Below are positions 47,401 through 58,500 of a stretch of DNA of 64,000 nucleotides, one piece after another. The stretch lies in the IMG/VR virus record IMGVR_UViG_3300025000_000057. The stretch is one strand, 5' to 3'. Position numbers and translations under genes: made by a program. Numbering within the stretch: the first letter of the stretch is position 1; each line of letters begins with the position of its first letter. Origin of the DNA: a virus. Taxonomy: Duplodnaviria; Caudoviricetes. The notes under the pieces were generated by a model, which saw nothing but the letters and a program-made list of their open reading frames with translations, was not told the DNA's origin and searched no databases.

Positions 47401-50400
47401 TTATTCACCTCGATTAACAACATAACCATGTGAGACGTATTGGTTCAAGATACTTCTTACATATTCGGTACTAATGTTCGAAGTATTATCAGTTAGATTT
47501 ACATTGATATCAACACCTGGCAATTCGCTATTTATTGTCTCACTTACAATATTACCGATCTGATCGTGCGGTATGTTGCCTGGTTTTGTTTTAATCTTAA
47601 TTTGAGCTCCTCCGGTATTATCCGGATGCTCCATATAAGTATTCTTATCAATCATGGGGCCGGTATTAGATGACATATCTCGACTTTCAGTATTACCTTC
47701 CTCTTCCGGTTCAAAAGGTCTTTGATTAGATAACTGACGTAAACTAAAACCGGCTACAGCAAGTCCACCCGCCAAACCCATTAGCCATTTAAGTCTACCG
47801 TTAGTTTTAGCCTCGTCGAATAATGTTCTGAAGAACCCTTTATCATCGGTTGGTACGCTCTCTGGTACAGCTCTTTTACTCTCTTCATTCATAGCCGCAA
47901 CAAGTTCTTTAGGACTATCGGCCCTAGTCACTTTACCTTGTTTAGCCTCTTCGTTTAATTGACGAACTTGTTCGTCACCCTCGCTTAATTGCTCTGGCCG
48001 TTGTATTGTGTAATCTCCGGCGTCGGGAGGCGGCTGCCGGCGCCAGTCATTCCAGTTGCTCATTTCTTGACCAGCTTCATCATAAGCTTTGTACCCTTTT
48101 TGCTGTAGATAATTTCCTACCATTCCTCGTTCGCGCTCATGGCCACCGATATTTTGATACTTAATATAATCAGTCAGCGCTTCATCCGGTATATCTGTAA
48201 GTCTAAAACCTGTATAATTAACAGAAGCTTTAGAACCTTCCGGTACTGCGCTGTAATCCCATTTAGTAATTCGCTCTTCCCCAGTCGGCTGGTCGACTCT
48301 TACCTGACCTAACATTTCTCTAGCTCTTAATGTTAAATCGCTTACACTATCTAAGCCAGCGTCTAAGTCTGCTACGGTCGATAGAGCATTTAGATAAGGA
48401 TTTCTTTCCTTTTGAGCTTCTATAAGATTGTTAAAGATCTCACGCCGGTTTTTAGCAGCCTGCCGTACATTAAAGTGAGGTATGCGTTCTTGTCTAGCGA
48501 TATCCATTTCGCGTGTTGTCTCAAGCAACTCATCAGTAAGTCCTTCTACGGTCTCTTGATGTCGTAGGAAATTCTCATGTATCTCTTCTAAGGACATTCC
48601 ATCGACACCGTTTAACGGCCGGCCAATCTTCTGCATAACAACATTCACATCTTCACCACGGGTACCTATGTTATATCTCATACCAGGTATAACACCGTAC
48701 TCAGCTTGGGTCATCTCTCTGGTATTTCTAATGACCCGCTCGGCTAAATCATGACCTTCGTGCAATTCAATACCTTGATCAATTTGTCTCTTATGAATTG
48801 ATGAAAGTCTTTCATTGAAAGCTTTATTAATTGCTATTTCAGAATCGACATATACTTGAGTACCTTTCCCTACAGGTATCGACCAATCGGTAATCTCGGC
48901 TGCCGAGAGACTTAGCTTATCTTTATTACGCATTATATAATTTGCTACATCCTCAAGCCGTTCGGCGCTACTAAAACCATTTCTTTTCATCCATGGTAGT
49001 AATACCTCGTTTATAGCTTTAGCTTTTGCATCGTTTTCGGCATGTGTTGGGAAAAGCTCTTCCCCGATTATTTCAGCCGAACTATAAAGACTTCGCATAA
49101 TAGTAGCTTCGTTAGCCAGGTCTAGGTGCATTTGTCCAACTCTCTTACCCTTGTAGGTGATGTTACCAAGGTTACTTAGATGTTCGACTTTTCGCTTTGG
49201 AACATTCTCTTTAATAGCATTGTTTATATCTCTAACCATTTCCTCTGCGTCATTCCTGGTAATCTTACCTGAACCAACAGTATCCTCGATTTCTTGCATC
49301 TTAGGGGTTATTACATCACGGAATAAATCGCTATCAAGTATTGATGCTATACTCTCGACTTTTCTTAGCTGCCGAGGGCTCAGCTTTGTGTCGTTAATAA
49401 TATCACTTTGAATCTCATTAAACTTATGCCGATTTAACAAGAGAGCTTGATCGTCTGGAGATAAGCTTTGTATATACTCTTGTTTCATTTGTCCAGCCTG
49501 TCTACGTAACTCATCTTTTTCCACACCAGATACGTCTGTCATAGATTCTTGTACATATCGATCAACCGTATCAAGTTCGCCCTGGATTTGATTTAGCCTA
49601 TTGTAAGCTTTATTCCAGCTATCAACACTATCGTCACCTGACTGGAACTTTAAATAATCGATACCTGCGATACCTTTATTAAGACCCTTTTGAATGGCCC
49701 TGTTTACGTCATCTAAAAGTAGCTGCTCGTTAAACTCTCCGGGAGTGTTAATCTCTTTAACATTCTGCGTAAACCATCTCTGCCCCTTGGCTTGATTATC
49801 GAAATCGATATTTACGACATTACCCGTATCTAACTCTTTAGCTATGACTTTTGGGCCCTCTTGTTTCACAAACTCGTACTCACCAATAGGGATATTGTTA
49901 GTTCCTTCTTGACTTATAACGGCAAACATATCACCTTGTTGCCAAGGTTCTAAGAAATTATCTATTTGTCCTTTGGAGCCTTTATAGTCATTAATCATCT
50001 GGATAAGACCGTATCCTTCCGTCTGCACATCTTCTTTACCAATGTGATGTGTCCCTGGAACCCATCCTTCCTTCTCCATAGCCGCTCCATAGTGCTCTTG
50101 TACCTTTTCAATACTATGACCGCTGCCTGGTTTTGTCCATCTAAATAACGGTAGCGTATCTATAAGTGGTAGGTTTTTAGAGTGTTCTGTAATATCATCA
50201 ACATTCTGCATCCTGGATTTAAGATCGTCCCAATAGTTAGCTTCATCTGCAAATCCGGTTAGGGTTTTAGAATAGTTGTCTAGGATTTCGTTCTCGCCTA
50301 CAATATCCCACTCACTCGGTATTCCGGATGCGGAAGTTACCCACCGGTTATTGCTAGATGTATCTGGCGGAGTAGCAATTCGCATCAGCTCGTTAAAGCT

Positions 50401-53400
50401 ATTACGTAAGCTAACTCTATCTCTTTCTATTATAGTGCTATCACCAGATCCTAAGCTACCGGTTAACCGGTAATTAACGCTGTGTAATTTATTATAGGCC
50501 TTTTGAAATTCATTAGTCCTTACAGGTATATCATCTGGCGGTAAAGGGACTCGGTCAATTACCATATCGGTCGGGGCCACTCCGGCCTCGGATAATCCAT
50601 TTACTATTTTAAGGCGGCGACGTGCTATTCCTTTAGCGTATGATGTTGTATCCTGACTATCTATCGTAGATTGCAATCCTGTTTTAAGTGAATCGTAATC
50701 TACTGTACTCAGTCTATTTCTAATTTCTTCAACACCATTGTCACTGTTTAATAAATTATTAAACTGAATATCCGTAACACCTAACACTCCAGCTACCCGG
50801 TTAAAAGTACCCTCGGTATACCATGGATTAATTTGAGGTTCTGCTAGTTTGGTAAAGTTAAACCTAGTACTACCTTCTCTTATGTTAAATGACCTAGCGT
50901 CATTTTTAACAACCTCGGCATTAGTATCGATTCTTGCCTTAACTTCACCTACATCCTGAATTGTAAGAAGATCGTCAAGCGCTTTAATACGATTCTGATA
51001 ACGCTTGATCTCATCTTTATCGGTAGTATCCTCTAGCAGGTTTTTAGTTTTATCGATTTCCCGGTTAATGATATCGTGTGGTAAATCATCTATAGCTTTA
51101 GTAAGCATTGGTATATCAAAACTGGCAACGTTATGCCCAACTATAGCTTTATCATCTAACCTCTCTTTAAGTATAGAGAGACCTTCTTCTAAATCGACAC
51201 CTTCGCTATCTAATCTTTGTATAGCTCTTTTAGTATCATTAAACAGCTTGTCGACTGTGTACGTTTTATCAAGATTCTTCACATCTTTTCTTGCCCACTC
51301 CGGGTCAGAAAACTTTGCTATATTACGCATAAACATTACATCATCGGTGGTAACTACTTTCTGAAGTTTCTTTAAAGCATCGATACTTTCAGCCCGTTCT
51401 ACACTATCAAGAGGAGTATTCTCTATCTTAACCTGTAATTCTCTAGCCTTAGTTGCAAATTGACCAATATGCTCATAAGCTCCAACTTTCGGAACTCTTG
51501 CCGTGTTGTTCATAATCTCTTTCTGCAAGTATATACTATCCGTAATCTTATTCATTCTATCAAGTGTTTTTTGCAATGGCTTAATAAGTATAGATTCAGC
51601 TTCCCCGTACTTTGGTTTACCATCGGGAGCTTCAATATCCATGGTGGCGATCTCAAGAATCTGCAAATCTGGATGGTCTAAAAGACCGGTAGTTTCAAAG
51701 TCAAGAACTACTGCCTTATGTCCGGCTAGTACGGCTTCTAAATTCATAAACGTATCTGCCGGATTTTGTTTTAACCAGGAGTTATCTCTCATTCGAACAA
51801 GAGCGTCATATTGAGCACCAAGAGATTTAACGTACTTATCTTGACTATCGATAACTGTAGAACTGGTCTCTTCTATATTAGAACGTACGAATGCAACCGG
51901 GCGTACATGTCCTAAATCTTCAGCTCTTGTAACCCCTCTGCCGGTGCGACTAATAAGTTTACTATGATCGTCATATTGTGCTAGAAGATCTCCATCTTCA
52001 CCAAATACGGGAACGAACTGTCGTCCATGTTCATCCGTAACTGTAAAATTAAAACCGTCTTCTTTATTCATCATAGCCATAGATTGTAAAACTACATAGC
52101 TACCGGTATGTTCGCGGTTTAATGCATTTCGTCCCTCTTCATCCAGTAGAGATTCTATAAACTCAGTAGGGTTAAACGCTGCCTGTATATTATGAGTGCC
52201 TGTAACAGAAGCAGTTTTCTCTAATAGATCAAGATATCCCATCTCAGGATTCTGACTTTTTATAATAGCCGTATATTCAGTAGCAAGCATCTCTTGTTCT
52301 GTGCGTCCAATTGAACCGCTATCGTTTACATCCATTAAAGAAAGAATACGATTCTGTCTATTAATATCAGTTTTACGCTCTTTCTCAACAAGAGTGGTTA
52401 GCTCTTCCTTACTTACCTTTCTACCATCTAGACGAGAGATAACTACCTGCCTTAATCTTTTATCTACAATAGCATTACGTTCTTTACTAATAAGAGCATC
52501 TACTTCTTCTGCATTCATACTACTTAAATCCATACGCTGGGCTAAACTATCATAAGCCTTATCGTAATCATCCTTACCATCTCTAATAGCTTTAAAGATG
52601 TTTTCAATATCTTCTTTACGTTTTACCTTATTCCATTTTCGTCCGGTCTTTTCTTGATAATCTTCCGCCATGTTTTGAAGTAATGCCTCTTCGTAAGTAC
52701 GTCCACCTATTACTTGACCAGTCTCTTGGTCTGTATAAGATTCTACAATACTTTCGAAACTAAGTTCCCTAAACTCTTTACGAGTTGCATTATCTTGAAC
52801 CATCTTACCGCCATGAATATAATCTTTGGCGATTTGCTCAAGCTCCTTTTTAGATATAGCTCGAATTGTGTTAAGATAACCCATCTTACCCCAGTGGACT
52901 GTGCCTTCTTTACCGGCATTATTAGTAATATATTCTCTCACACCAACAAGACGTGATACTATATCTCGATGATTACTAGTATCGATACCGGCCTTCTCCA
53001 TCTCTTTAATTATCTCAACAGTAGCCATTCGCCCGGTATGCCATACTCTTTCACTCCTATAGAATTCATCACCAGGTTCTATCCAGCTGGAAGTGTCCAT
53101 AGCGTATGCGCTAGGGTCTGCTTGTAATTGATAATAGTGCCTCAATATCTCTTCAGAAGAAGCGATACCACTCTTGCTAGTTTCCTGAGCCTGCATAACA
53201 GCTATAGTAAGATCTTGTGTAGCATCCAGGTAAAGTTCGGGATTACGATCGTAAGTATAGCCGAGGCGCCCTTGTAGCAGTTTTTCCACTTCTGATACAA
53301 CTTTTAATATACCTTGACCATGAGGGCCCTCTGTTATAGTATGCTGGGCTAATACCTGGCTTACGATATTTTGATTATCAGCATACTTACCATCTTCGAT

Positions 53401-55494
53401 ATAAGACCAATTAGATTGTAACAAGTTACTGATAAAAGCATCCTTATCCCTTACAGCTTTGGATAAGTTCTTATCATTGAATTCTTCAACCCAGCCTTTA
53501 ATGTCAAAATTGTTTGCAATATCAAATTCTATTTTAGTCTTAGAAGGATCTATAGCCTCTGATACAAAGATACCACGAATTCCGTTTACCTCTTTTAGTT
53601 TATAAGCAAGTTTATCACCACCGAACCTATATAGGTACTTATCCTTACCGACATAACGACTCCAATCGGTAAGGTTCTTGTTGATAATATCTTCTGTCAA
53701 ACCTTCTACCGGAACGTATTGGTCTACTCCGGATTTGACTAAGATATTCTCAGTAACAGCTCTACGGAAATTCTCTAAAGGAGAACCTTCCCGTCCAAAT
53801 TTATCACCAGATTCTCTAGATGCTTCTAGAAGCATCTTTAGATTATCCTCAAACTCCATATTCTCTGCCAGTTCAATCGGTGTTAAAACGGAGTTATCTT
53901 TATCTCCAGTATAAGTCCACCAGGTTTTTGGAATCTTTGGTGCCTCTATATTAAGCTCTTTTGCAATACCTTCTATCTGTTGTTGAGCTATTACATTCTG
54001 TGTGCGCTGACCAACATTAGTACCCATTTGAGTTGCCTTAGCATCCTCGCTGATATATTCAGCTATATCTCTATTGGCTTTTTCTCTCCAGTCATCGTAT
54101 CGACGAGCAGATGTCTCTTTAACTCCTGGTTGATTTTCATACTCGATACGTTCTACAGGTTGTCCATTAACCATCGTATCTAATTGTAAAGCTATTCTTT
54201 CTAACTGTGTAAGACGAGGATCGTCCTTGACAATAGAGTGTTCTCCCCAAGCAAAACCCGTTAAGCTCCCTGGCTTTTCAATATCATATATCCCGGCAGG
54301 TACCTCGTTCCTAGCATTATAGATGAGCTTATCATCACCATAGTAATTGTCTAATTCTTTTCTAATTAATGATACTGTATCACTTGGTAGTACATCTTTA
54401 TTAGATTCAATGAAAGCATTGACAGCCTGCCCGATAGGTGTACGTAAGATCTCACCATTTTCTGTAGTTACGGGTATATGTCTTATAGTCCTAGCAGCCT
54501 CTTTCTGCAAATTAGCTACTTCAAAAGCGACTTTATCAAAGCTATCAGCATACGATTCTATAATCATGGCAGATTTCTCTTCAGGTAAAAGATCTATCCG
54601 AGCTTGTACTTCGATAATCTGGGTACCGATATCTTTAGCCCTAACATATAAGTCTTTCATCTTGGTTTTGTAATGCTTGATTTGATTAATCTCCGTTCGA
54701 ATATTGCCGTAAAGTTCCTTGCCAGCCCCCTCAATCTTACGAGTATCGGAGGCTAACTTCGTAAAATCTACAGAATCTATTCCTGATAACCACTTCTTTC
54801 GTAGTTCTTCAGATAGATTAAGACTCTGGTATTTATGTACCATATTTGCAAGAGTGTTAGTATCGTGTCCTGTCTCTATCATATTCTCAAGAATATTAGC
54901 ACGAACCTTTGCATGGGTAGGTTCGCCTTCATCTAGAGTCTCTATAATGCTATCAATACTAGTTTCTCTTAACGCCTCTTCAATTTGCCATGGAGTTTTC
55001 TTAAGAAGTTCTTTAGCATCCTGTTCCGGTATATTAAGAATAGCAGATACCGCTTCTGTCATTGTAACTCCTGGTTTACTACTCTTTATTTCCTTTACAG
55101 GAATAGTGCTTTTAACAGAGTCTTGCTCATTAGTTTTAGGAATGTCTATACCAATGGTCTTATTAGCCAGTCTCAGATTCGTCTGAACAGCTTTTGATAG
55201 CTGCGTATCTTCCCCAAGGTATTGCTCCATCTCGGCCGCCCATAGGTCAGAAAACCGTACACCATCAATTTGTCGCTCATGCATAGCCTTAAATACAGAT
55301 TCATCGAAATGAACAGGCAGTGGTCGATTACGTCTATCCAGTGTCATAGGAACAAGAGCTTCAAAGTCGGCTGCGGCTATAATATTATATATAGTACGCT
55401 CTTTGTACTTTCCTTCCCCTACCTTCGTGATAAGCTTATCACGAAGGTCGCGTCTTCTACTTTCTATAGTAAAATTGCCCTTAATATCAGACAT
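47401..55494 (-). CDS. Tape-measure-like giant protein (2697 aa) containing a DEDDh (DnaQ-like) 3'-5' exonuclease domain
   Basis: ATG 55494 with GGGGTG RBS. Charged, helical-looking sequence. Motifs VVLDFETTG, VGHNVASFD, IDTLPLF, HHIGKED. Confidence 0.7.
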   Translation of the reverse strand: MSDIKGNFTIESRRRDLRDKLITKVGEGKYKERTIYNIIAAADFEALVPMTLDRRNRPLPVHFDESVFKAMHERQIDGVRFSDLWAAEMEQYLGEDTQLSKAVQTNLRLANKTIGIDIPKTNEQDSVKSTIPVKEIKSSKPGVTMTEAVSAILNIPEQDAKELLKKTPWQIEEALRETSIDSIIETLDEGEPTHAKVRANILENMIETGHDTNTLANMVHKYQSLNLSEELRKKWLSGIDSVDFTKLASDTRKIEGAGKELYGNIRTEINQIKHYKTKMKDLYVRAKDIGTQIIEVQARIDLLPEEKSAMIIESYADSFDKVAFEVANLQKEAARTIRHIPVTTENGEILRTPIGQAVNAFIESNKDVLPSDTVSLIRKELDNYYGDDKLIYNARNEVPAGIYDIEKPGSLTGFAWGEHSIVKDDPRLTQLERIALQLDTMVNGQPVERIEYENQPGVKETSARRYDDWREKANRDIAEYISEDAKATQMGTNVGQRTQNVIAQQQIEGIAKELNIEAPKIPKTWWTYTGDKDNSVLTPIELAENMEFEDNLKMLLEASRESGDKFGREGSPLENFRRAVTENILVKSGVDQYVPVEGLTEDIINKNLTDWSRYVGKDKYLYRFGGDKLAYKLKEVNGIRGIFVSEAIDPSKTKIEFDIANNFDIKGWVEEFNDKNLSKAVRDKDAFISNLLQSNWSYIEDGKYADNQNIVSQVLAQHTITEGPHGQGILKVVSEVEKLLQGRLGYTYDRNPELYLDATQDLTIAVMQAQETSKSGIASSEEILRHYYQLQADPSAYAMDTSSWIEPGDEFYRSERVWHTGRMATVEIIKEMEKAGIDTSNHRDIVSRLVGVREYITNNAGKEGTVHWGKMGYLNTIRAISKKELEQIAKDYIHGGKMVQDNATRKEFRELSFESIVESYTDQETGQVIGGRTYEEALLQNMAEDYQEKTGRKWNKVKRKEDIENIFKAIRDGKDDYDKAYDSLAQRMDLSSMNAEEVDALISKERNAIVDKRLRQVVISRLDGRKVSKEELTTLVEKERKTDINRQNRILSLMDVNDSGSIGRTEQEMLATEYTAIIKSQNPEMGYLDLLEKTASVTGTHNIQAAFNPTEFIESLLDEEGRNALNREHTGSYVVLQSMAMMNKEDGFNFTVTDEHGRQFVPVFGEDGDLLAQYDDHSKLISRTGRGVTRAEDLGHVRPVAFVRSNIEETSSTVIDSQDKYVKSLGAQYDALVRMRDNSWLKQNPADTFMNLEAVLAGHKAVVLDFETTGLLDHPDLQILEIATMDIEAPDGKPKYGEAESILIKPLQKTLDRMNKITDSIYLQKEIMNNTARVPKVGAYEHIGQFATKARELQVKIENTPLDSVERAESIDALKKLQKVVTTDDVMFMRNIAKFSDPEWARKDVKNLDKTYTVDKLFNDTKRAIQRLDSEGVDLEEGLSILKERLDDKAIVGHNVASFDIPMLTKAIDDLPHDIINREIDKTKNLLEDTTDKDEIKRYQNRIKALDDLLTIQDVGEVKARIDTNAEVVKNDARSFNIREGSTRFNFTKLAEPQINPWYTEGTFNRVAGVLGVTDIQFNNLLNSDNGVEEIRNRLSTVDYDSLKTGLQSTIDSQDTTSYAKGIARRRLKIVNGLSEAGVAPTDMVIDRVPLPPDDIPVRTNEFQKAYNKLHSVNYRLTGSLGSGDSTIIERDRVSLRNSFNELMRIATPPDTSSNNRWVTSASGIPSEWDIVGENEILDNYSKTLTGFADEANYWDDLKSRMQNVDDITEHSKNLPLIDTLPLFRWTKPGSGHSIEKVQEHYGAAMEKEGWVPGTHHIGKEDVQTEGYGLIQMINDYKGSKGQIDNFLEPWQQGDMFAVISQEGTNNIPIGEYEFVKQEGPKVIAKELDTGNVVNIDFDNQAKGQRWFTQNVKEINTPGEFNEQLLLDDVNRAIQKGLNKGIAGIDYLKFQSGDDSVDSWNKAYNRLNQIQGELDTVDRYVQESMTDVSGVEKDELRRQAGQMKQEYIQSLSPDDQALLLNRHKFNEIQSDIINDTKLSPRQLRKVESIASILDSDLFRDVITPKMQEIEDTVGSGKITRNDAEEMVRDINNAIKENVPKRKVEHLSNLGNITYKGKRVGQMHLDLANEATIMRSLYSSAEIIGEELFPTHAENDAKAKAINEVLLPWMKRNGFSSAERLEDVANYIMRNKDKLSLSAAEITDWSIPVGKGTQVYVDSEIAINKAFNERLSSIHKRQIDQGIELHEGHDLAERVIRNTREMTQAEYGVIPGMRYNIGTRGEDVNVVMQKIGRPLNGVDGMSLEEIHENFLRHQETVEGLTDELLETTREMDIARQERIPHFNVRQAAKNRREIFNNLIEAQKERNPYLNALSTVADLDAGLDSVSDLTLRAREMLGQVRVDQPTGEERITKWDYSAVPEGSKASVNYTGFRLTDIPDEALTDYIKYQNIGGHERERGMVGNYLQQKGYKAYDEAGQEMSNWNDWRRQPPPDAGDYTIQRPEQLSEGDEQVRQLNEEAKQGKVTRADSPKELVAAMNEESKRAVPESVPTDDKGFFRTLFDEAKTNGRLKWLMGLAGGLAVAGFSLRQLSNQRPFEPEEEGNTESRDMSSNTGPMIDKNTYMEHPDNTGGAQIKIKTKPGNIPHDQIGNIVSETINSELPGVDINVNLTDNTSNISTEYVRSILNQYVSHGYVVNRGE
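55421..55448. repeat. 28-bp perfect palindrome near the 5' end of a CDS
   Basis: ACCTTCGTGATAAGCTTATCACGAAGGT is self-complementary; nt 47-74 of gene 47401-55494. Confidence 0.95.
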
Positions 55495-55505
55495 ATTATT
55501 CACCC

Positions 55506-58500
55506 CTAACCTAATACCAAACTACTATAGTTATTCATACAATTGGCTATATCTTGTCTAATATCTCTTTGTGTCTCAACCTCTACTGATAATTGTCCCG
55601 TATCGTTTGGTTCTATCTGTATTTCAGCATCTATTCCGGCGCCACCTAGAATAGATTGTAATTTACTCTTAATAGTATTGGCCGTCTCATGTATATTAAT
55701 CTTTGGCGCCGGCGGAACATTTGGTTCATTAGCAGCAATCTCATCATCTGGCCATATATCAAATTCAGACGGATCCATACTTTCAGCTTTAATATATTTA
55801 ACCTTTACGTTATTAAGATTTACATCTTCTCGCCAGCCGCCCCACTCCGGGTCAGGTAAGAAGTGAGCTTTGAAGTATTCAAGAAGACTTTGCTTTTCAG
55901 ACGCTTTCTCTCCCCAGGCTTCCTGAACAATACGTTTCATATATGGAGACATTATATCACGTAGCTCTTCTCTTTCATCCGGGGTAGCATTAATAAAGCC
56001 TTCTAAGTATTGTCGCTCTTTCTTTGGTATAGCTCGTAACAGATCCTTTAGAGGATCTTGTGGCTTATGACCGTACATAGTACTTTTACTTTCATTGTAA
56101 TAATCAAGAGCCTTTTGAGCCAGTGGTGTTAGTTTCTCTTCTTTCTTTGGAGCTTTTAACTTGGTTAATTCTTGGTTAATCAGTTTGATAAGTTCGCGCT
56201 CATCCCTGGGGTTACCTGTAAGATTTAGCTTGGTAATCCATTCATTAACGTCAACATTATCAGTAGTACCTTTAATATCACGTTTAGCACTTTCTAATTC
56301 ATTAGTACGTTTACTGTCAATCTTCTTCTGCTCATCTTTCTCTTGAAGGTACTTCTTAACATCGAACTTCTCTGTATCAAGCGCTTCTTGAGCATACTTA
56401 TTATAAAGAGAGACATTCTTCAAATACTTTAACATATCGTAATACTCATGGGTTTCCCATTCTTTCTTACGACGTTCTGGTACCCAGGTTTCACCTGTTA
56501 CGAATTCGTGTCCAGTGAAATATGCACCGCCAGTACCACCCAGTACGGCACCCAGACCTGTAGCTATAATCTTACCAAACCGTTTACGTCCGGCTAAGTA
56601 TCCCATAAATCCGCCAAACAGTCCTCCTACTATCATCCCTTTAGACATTATCGATTGATAAGTCGGAACAACATAATCTTCCCAGGGATCTTGCCACATC
56701 TGCCAGTCTTTGCCGTACAAATCACGACGTTTGTAGCTTTCGATAGGAGAACGTACCTGCAAAAGCTTTGTATGAAATGGCGTATCCAGGTGAGCGAATT
56801 TCTCCCATGCTTGACCCATTGCTCGCTCACTCGGCGTAAACCTAGCAACTATTCCAGCCGGAGTAAAATCGTTATCTTTTTCATTAGCTAAGTCTTGCTC
56901 TAATAGTTGCCTATTTAGATTCTCATTACCCGTATATACTACCGCTGAGATAGTCTTATATGTGTCATCGTTGATTTTAGTTACATCGTCTGCCGTATAC
57001 TCGATAGTCACTTGTTCACCCGGTTTGATATACTTGTTAAGGAATTGACGAGCTCCCGCCTTCTCCTTACTCATTGGTACACGTAGGCCGGCAAGTTTGA
57101 TAGGATTGTCTGGATACTCTTTGGTATAGAAGAAGTAATCATGACTATCTTCCCAATCATCAAGTACCTTGGTTACAGTAACAGTCTCACTCTTAGTCTC
57201 TTTATCTTTAAACCTATACGGGTATAGGCGTATCGGATCGTTACGGTCTTTTACTTGTTTTCTTATCTCTTTAACCTCTTGTTCTTGCTCTTTGGTTTTC
57301 TTCATTTCTGTAACGAACTTAGAGGCTTCGTCATACTGTGTAGACCAAGGAGCCACATCTGCCAAAATTCTAAACCTTGATATAGGGCCGTATAACTCTC
57401 CTCTATGAATCTCTCCGGCTTCTAATTTCCTTCTTATTTCAGGATCTTCTAAAGCCTTTTCAACCTCGGCTGCCGTATCGGGATGGAGAGATTCGTACGC
57501 CTCTCCTGGTAATCGCATTTCTCCACGACGTATTTTTACATAAGGGTCGCCAGTTTTAAAATCCGTGAAGTATTCTTCACCGGGCAGCCAATCCGGCATA
57601 GTATTTGGTACAGGATTATATCGATTCTCCCATTTCTCACGGTGTCCAATAAAGCGACGGGCAATTTCGTTAATATCGCCCGGAATGCCACCGAGTTCCG
57701 TATCCCAGAATTCTCTTCTATAAGAACTCATAGCACGAGCTGTGGCAATTTGAGGTTCTATACCCTTACCTGTATCATAAAGAAGTTCTGTACTAAAGCC
57801 ATAAAAGCCACCGAACTCTTTAACATTCTCCCAGGTTTGGAGTATAGCCATATCTGTATCAACAGGGTTCTTAATTTCTCTATTATATTTATCAACTAAA
57901 GACTTACCTACTGTTTCAAATGCGGCTTTAGTTATACCACTTTCGCGTATTGCATTAATAAGAGCAATACGTTCTTTATTAATCTGCTCACTTTCAAGTG
58001 AGCCACCTTTACGGATAAGTTCCCGCTCTTCATCACTCATTCCTGATAAGATAGACGTTGCCGTATAAGCATTAACAAGGCCGTGACCAGTCTCTTTATC
58101 CCATCCATCTTCCTCTAAATCTACAGCCGTAGATTGAATTAGGAACTTAATTTCCGCCGGGGTAAGGTCGGGACGTTGTGTTTTTAGAAGCGCCGCAGTA
58201 GCAGCTACATGAGGAGTAGCCATTGAAGTACCACTTGACACTCCGTACATACTACCCATTTGAGAATCTTCTGGTAGCGTACTTGCAATATCGACACCGG
58301 GCGCCACCACATCAAGACCTGCACCGCTATTAGAGAAATCTGCTTTTTTCATATTAGGCCCAACGGCGCCTACCGCGATAGCTTCCGGATATATAGCAGG
58401 ACTTCCTACATGTTCGGTCTGATACTCATTACCAGAGGCCGCAACTACTACGATACCAGAGTTGTACGCTCGTTTAATTGCATCACTATAACCTGGGTTA

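Noticed and set aside
50160-51110. Intein within the exonuclease domain
   Set aside because: No C/S start, HN/HQ end or LAGLIDADG motifs in the inserted segment.
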